DNA from: Auanema rhodensis
Taxonomy: Eukaryota; Animalia; Nematoda
Direction: 5' to 3'
DNA length: 64,000 bases
NCBI GenBank assembly: GCA_964057225.1
Contig: OZ059899.1
Coordinates: 7,688,001 to 7,752,000, forward strand
Shown: positions 62,175-64,000 of the stretch, in pieces
How the letters are laid out: each line of letters opens with the position of its first letter
Numbering within the stretch: position 1 is the stretch's first letter
Translations under genes and position numbers: made by a program
The notes under the pieces: generated by a model
Told to the model about the DNA's origin: nothing
The model's input: the letters and a program-made list of their open reading frames with translations, nothing else
Databases searched by the model: none

Positions 62175-63724
62175 CTAGGAGCTAGCTTCGTCCAAAGACC
62201 AAATAAAACATAGCGTAGATTTTTTTTTAAAGCCCATGCTTTCTAATTCAATTTTATCTCTCTCATTTGCAACATAATCGAAGTCATCTGTAAATAAAAA
62301 GAAGAAATGATATCACTTTTAACAAAATGATCTTTACCTCTTCCATTTTCGTGCCTCCACATAGCTACTAATTCTTGATTAGCTCCACACATTCCTGTTT
62401 GATTAACACAGTATCCAACACTAGCATAGCTTTTCCAATTAGCTTTTTCTGTTACCTCTCGTTCTTCTTCTGAGCTTATTGTGAGATACTGCGTTGCTAA
62501 AATACTTTACTATAATCATAAAATTTTGAGCTTGGAAATGTTTCACTGAAAGCATACCTTGATTTGAAATTAAGTTTTTCACTTCAACTAAATAAGGGCA
62601 TTGTTTATCTAATTGATCTTGCTTACGATCATATCGACTTTTCGAAATTATTTTTCCAGTAGATCCTGAATATGATTGTTTTTTAGTCACCTATTAATGC
62701 ATACTTTGAAAAATATAGCCATGCTTTCGTTGAAACTCAACAAGTTTTCGATAGCTATGCACAAAATGCTTTTTGATTATAGGATGGTAACTTCTGTATA
62801 ATTCGGCAGCATGCTTTGATAAATCCTAAATTGACATAGTAAAGTTATTTTCCATGTAAAGGAGAAAACTTTTATATGCATTGGAACAGACTTCTGAGTC
62901 CTATTTTCTGTCTTTTTTATTATCATAGATTTTTGATCACCAGTTCCGTTACTGAACAATCCTCCGAAGAAGTTCCAAAGTTTTTCGATAGTAGATTCGT
63001 CAGCAGGGTGCGAAACAGAAGGAATTTCATGAACCGTGCCTTTTCCTACACTGATGAATTTAGGAGAACTTGGTGCAGGAGTTGATAGAGTTTTGAAAAC
63101 TGGGTGGTGAACAAATGTAGAATTTTTTGTGATAGTTTCAGTTTTTTCAAAAAATGGATCTTCATCTTCAAAATCGAGATAATCGTCCGCAATTTGTACT
63201 TCCACTTGACTGAATTTAGGAACTTCATGTACTTTTAATTTAAATTTATGAATAATTTTTTTGTGCACGCTCTTTGTTATTCCTAAAGTGGTGTTATTAA
63301 CCAAATCAGTGTTATTCTTCGACGAAGTAGTCTAAATATTCAATTAACAAGAAAATAAACATGAATTAACCTTTAATATATTCTTTTCGTCCAGATTTGG
63401 TTCACCTCGCTGCCCGATTTTCCAGGTATTATCATAATCTAATATTCATAAAATAATGAAAAAATAATAATTCAAGTTTATTTCTAAACTGAAGCAAAAG
63501 AAATATTGAAAAAATTTAAGTTTTAATTAATATATTATATTTGTAAAATTAGAGAATAAAATTAATGTTCATATTCTACCTGAATCGGACAGTTGTAACA
63601 CATCATAGCCTGATCTAAGGATCTCCTGTTGCACCAATAAACTAACTAATGCTCAAATTAGATAAAACACTTTGAAAAAATATTTATTACCAGAACTAGG
63701 AAGCATCAAAACGATTAACAACAT
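62175..63724 (-). CDS. Secreted protein with a low-complexity N-terminal half and a C-terminal DUF5648-like region
   Basis: Signal-like MLLIVLMLPSSVSLLV; C-terminal ELYRSYHPIIKKHFVHS...GKII...CPYLV...VGYCVNQTGMCGA...DDFDYVA...MGF...LCFIW. One internal splice donor is uncertain. Confidence 0.65.
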
Positions 63725-64000
63725 GTTCACATGAACTACTAAAGGTTAGGATAATAAATGCTTCTAGGCTTTTAATGCTTACTTCACTTTCAGTTTACAA
63801 AGGTTTACAAAAACATATGTTATATGAAGAAACAACCTGTTTAGGAATAAATTGAGAATATTTAAAATTGTGTAAAAATAACTTAAACTGCCACCCAATT
63901 AACTGTATCCCGAACATAGCACAACATATACCCAATATGAATGTTGACAACTGGCATATATAATATAACTAAATTATAATTCTTCGTGTCCATAATTAAT

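Overview
AT-rich eukaryotic genomic DNA with many 42-60 nt GT-AG introns and TTTCAG-type acceptors. This is typical of a nematode; several proteins closely resemble C. elegans ones, so a rhabditid is likely (inference). The first ~14.8 kb has no convincing coding exons. The rest holds about 17 genes that I spliced by eye: a secreted mucin-like VWA protein (-), a DRL-1/FLR-4-type MEKK-like kinase with NFG in place of DFG and a hydrophobic tail (+), a 60-aa single-pass microprotein (-), phospholipase B-like 2 (-), a degenerate Ras-like protein with a CaaX box (-), a small secreted peptide (-), mvb-12 and an FBA-type F-box lectin (-), PEX1 (+) with a CRAL-TRIO/GOLD gene nested antisense in one intron, an NHX Na+/H+ exchanger (-), csb-1 and acl-1 (-), rpb-11, an IWR1/SLC7A6OS homolog and crn-7 (+), and a DUF5648-like secreted protein (-). 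The most striking arrangement is rpb-11 (a Pol II subunit) followed 12 nt later, in frame, by the ATG of IWR1 (the Pol II nuclear-import factor). The spacer has no AG, so it cannot hold a normal trans-splice site, and an AATAAA lies inside the last rpb-11 coding exon. Gene spans run from start to stop codon; exon boundaries are manual and unverified, and family assignments come from recalled motifs rather than database searches.
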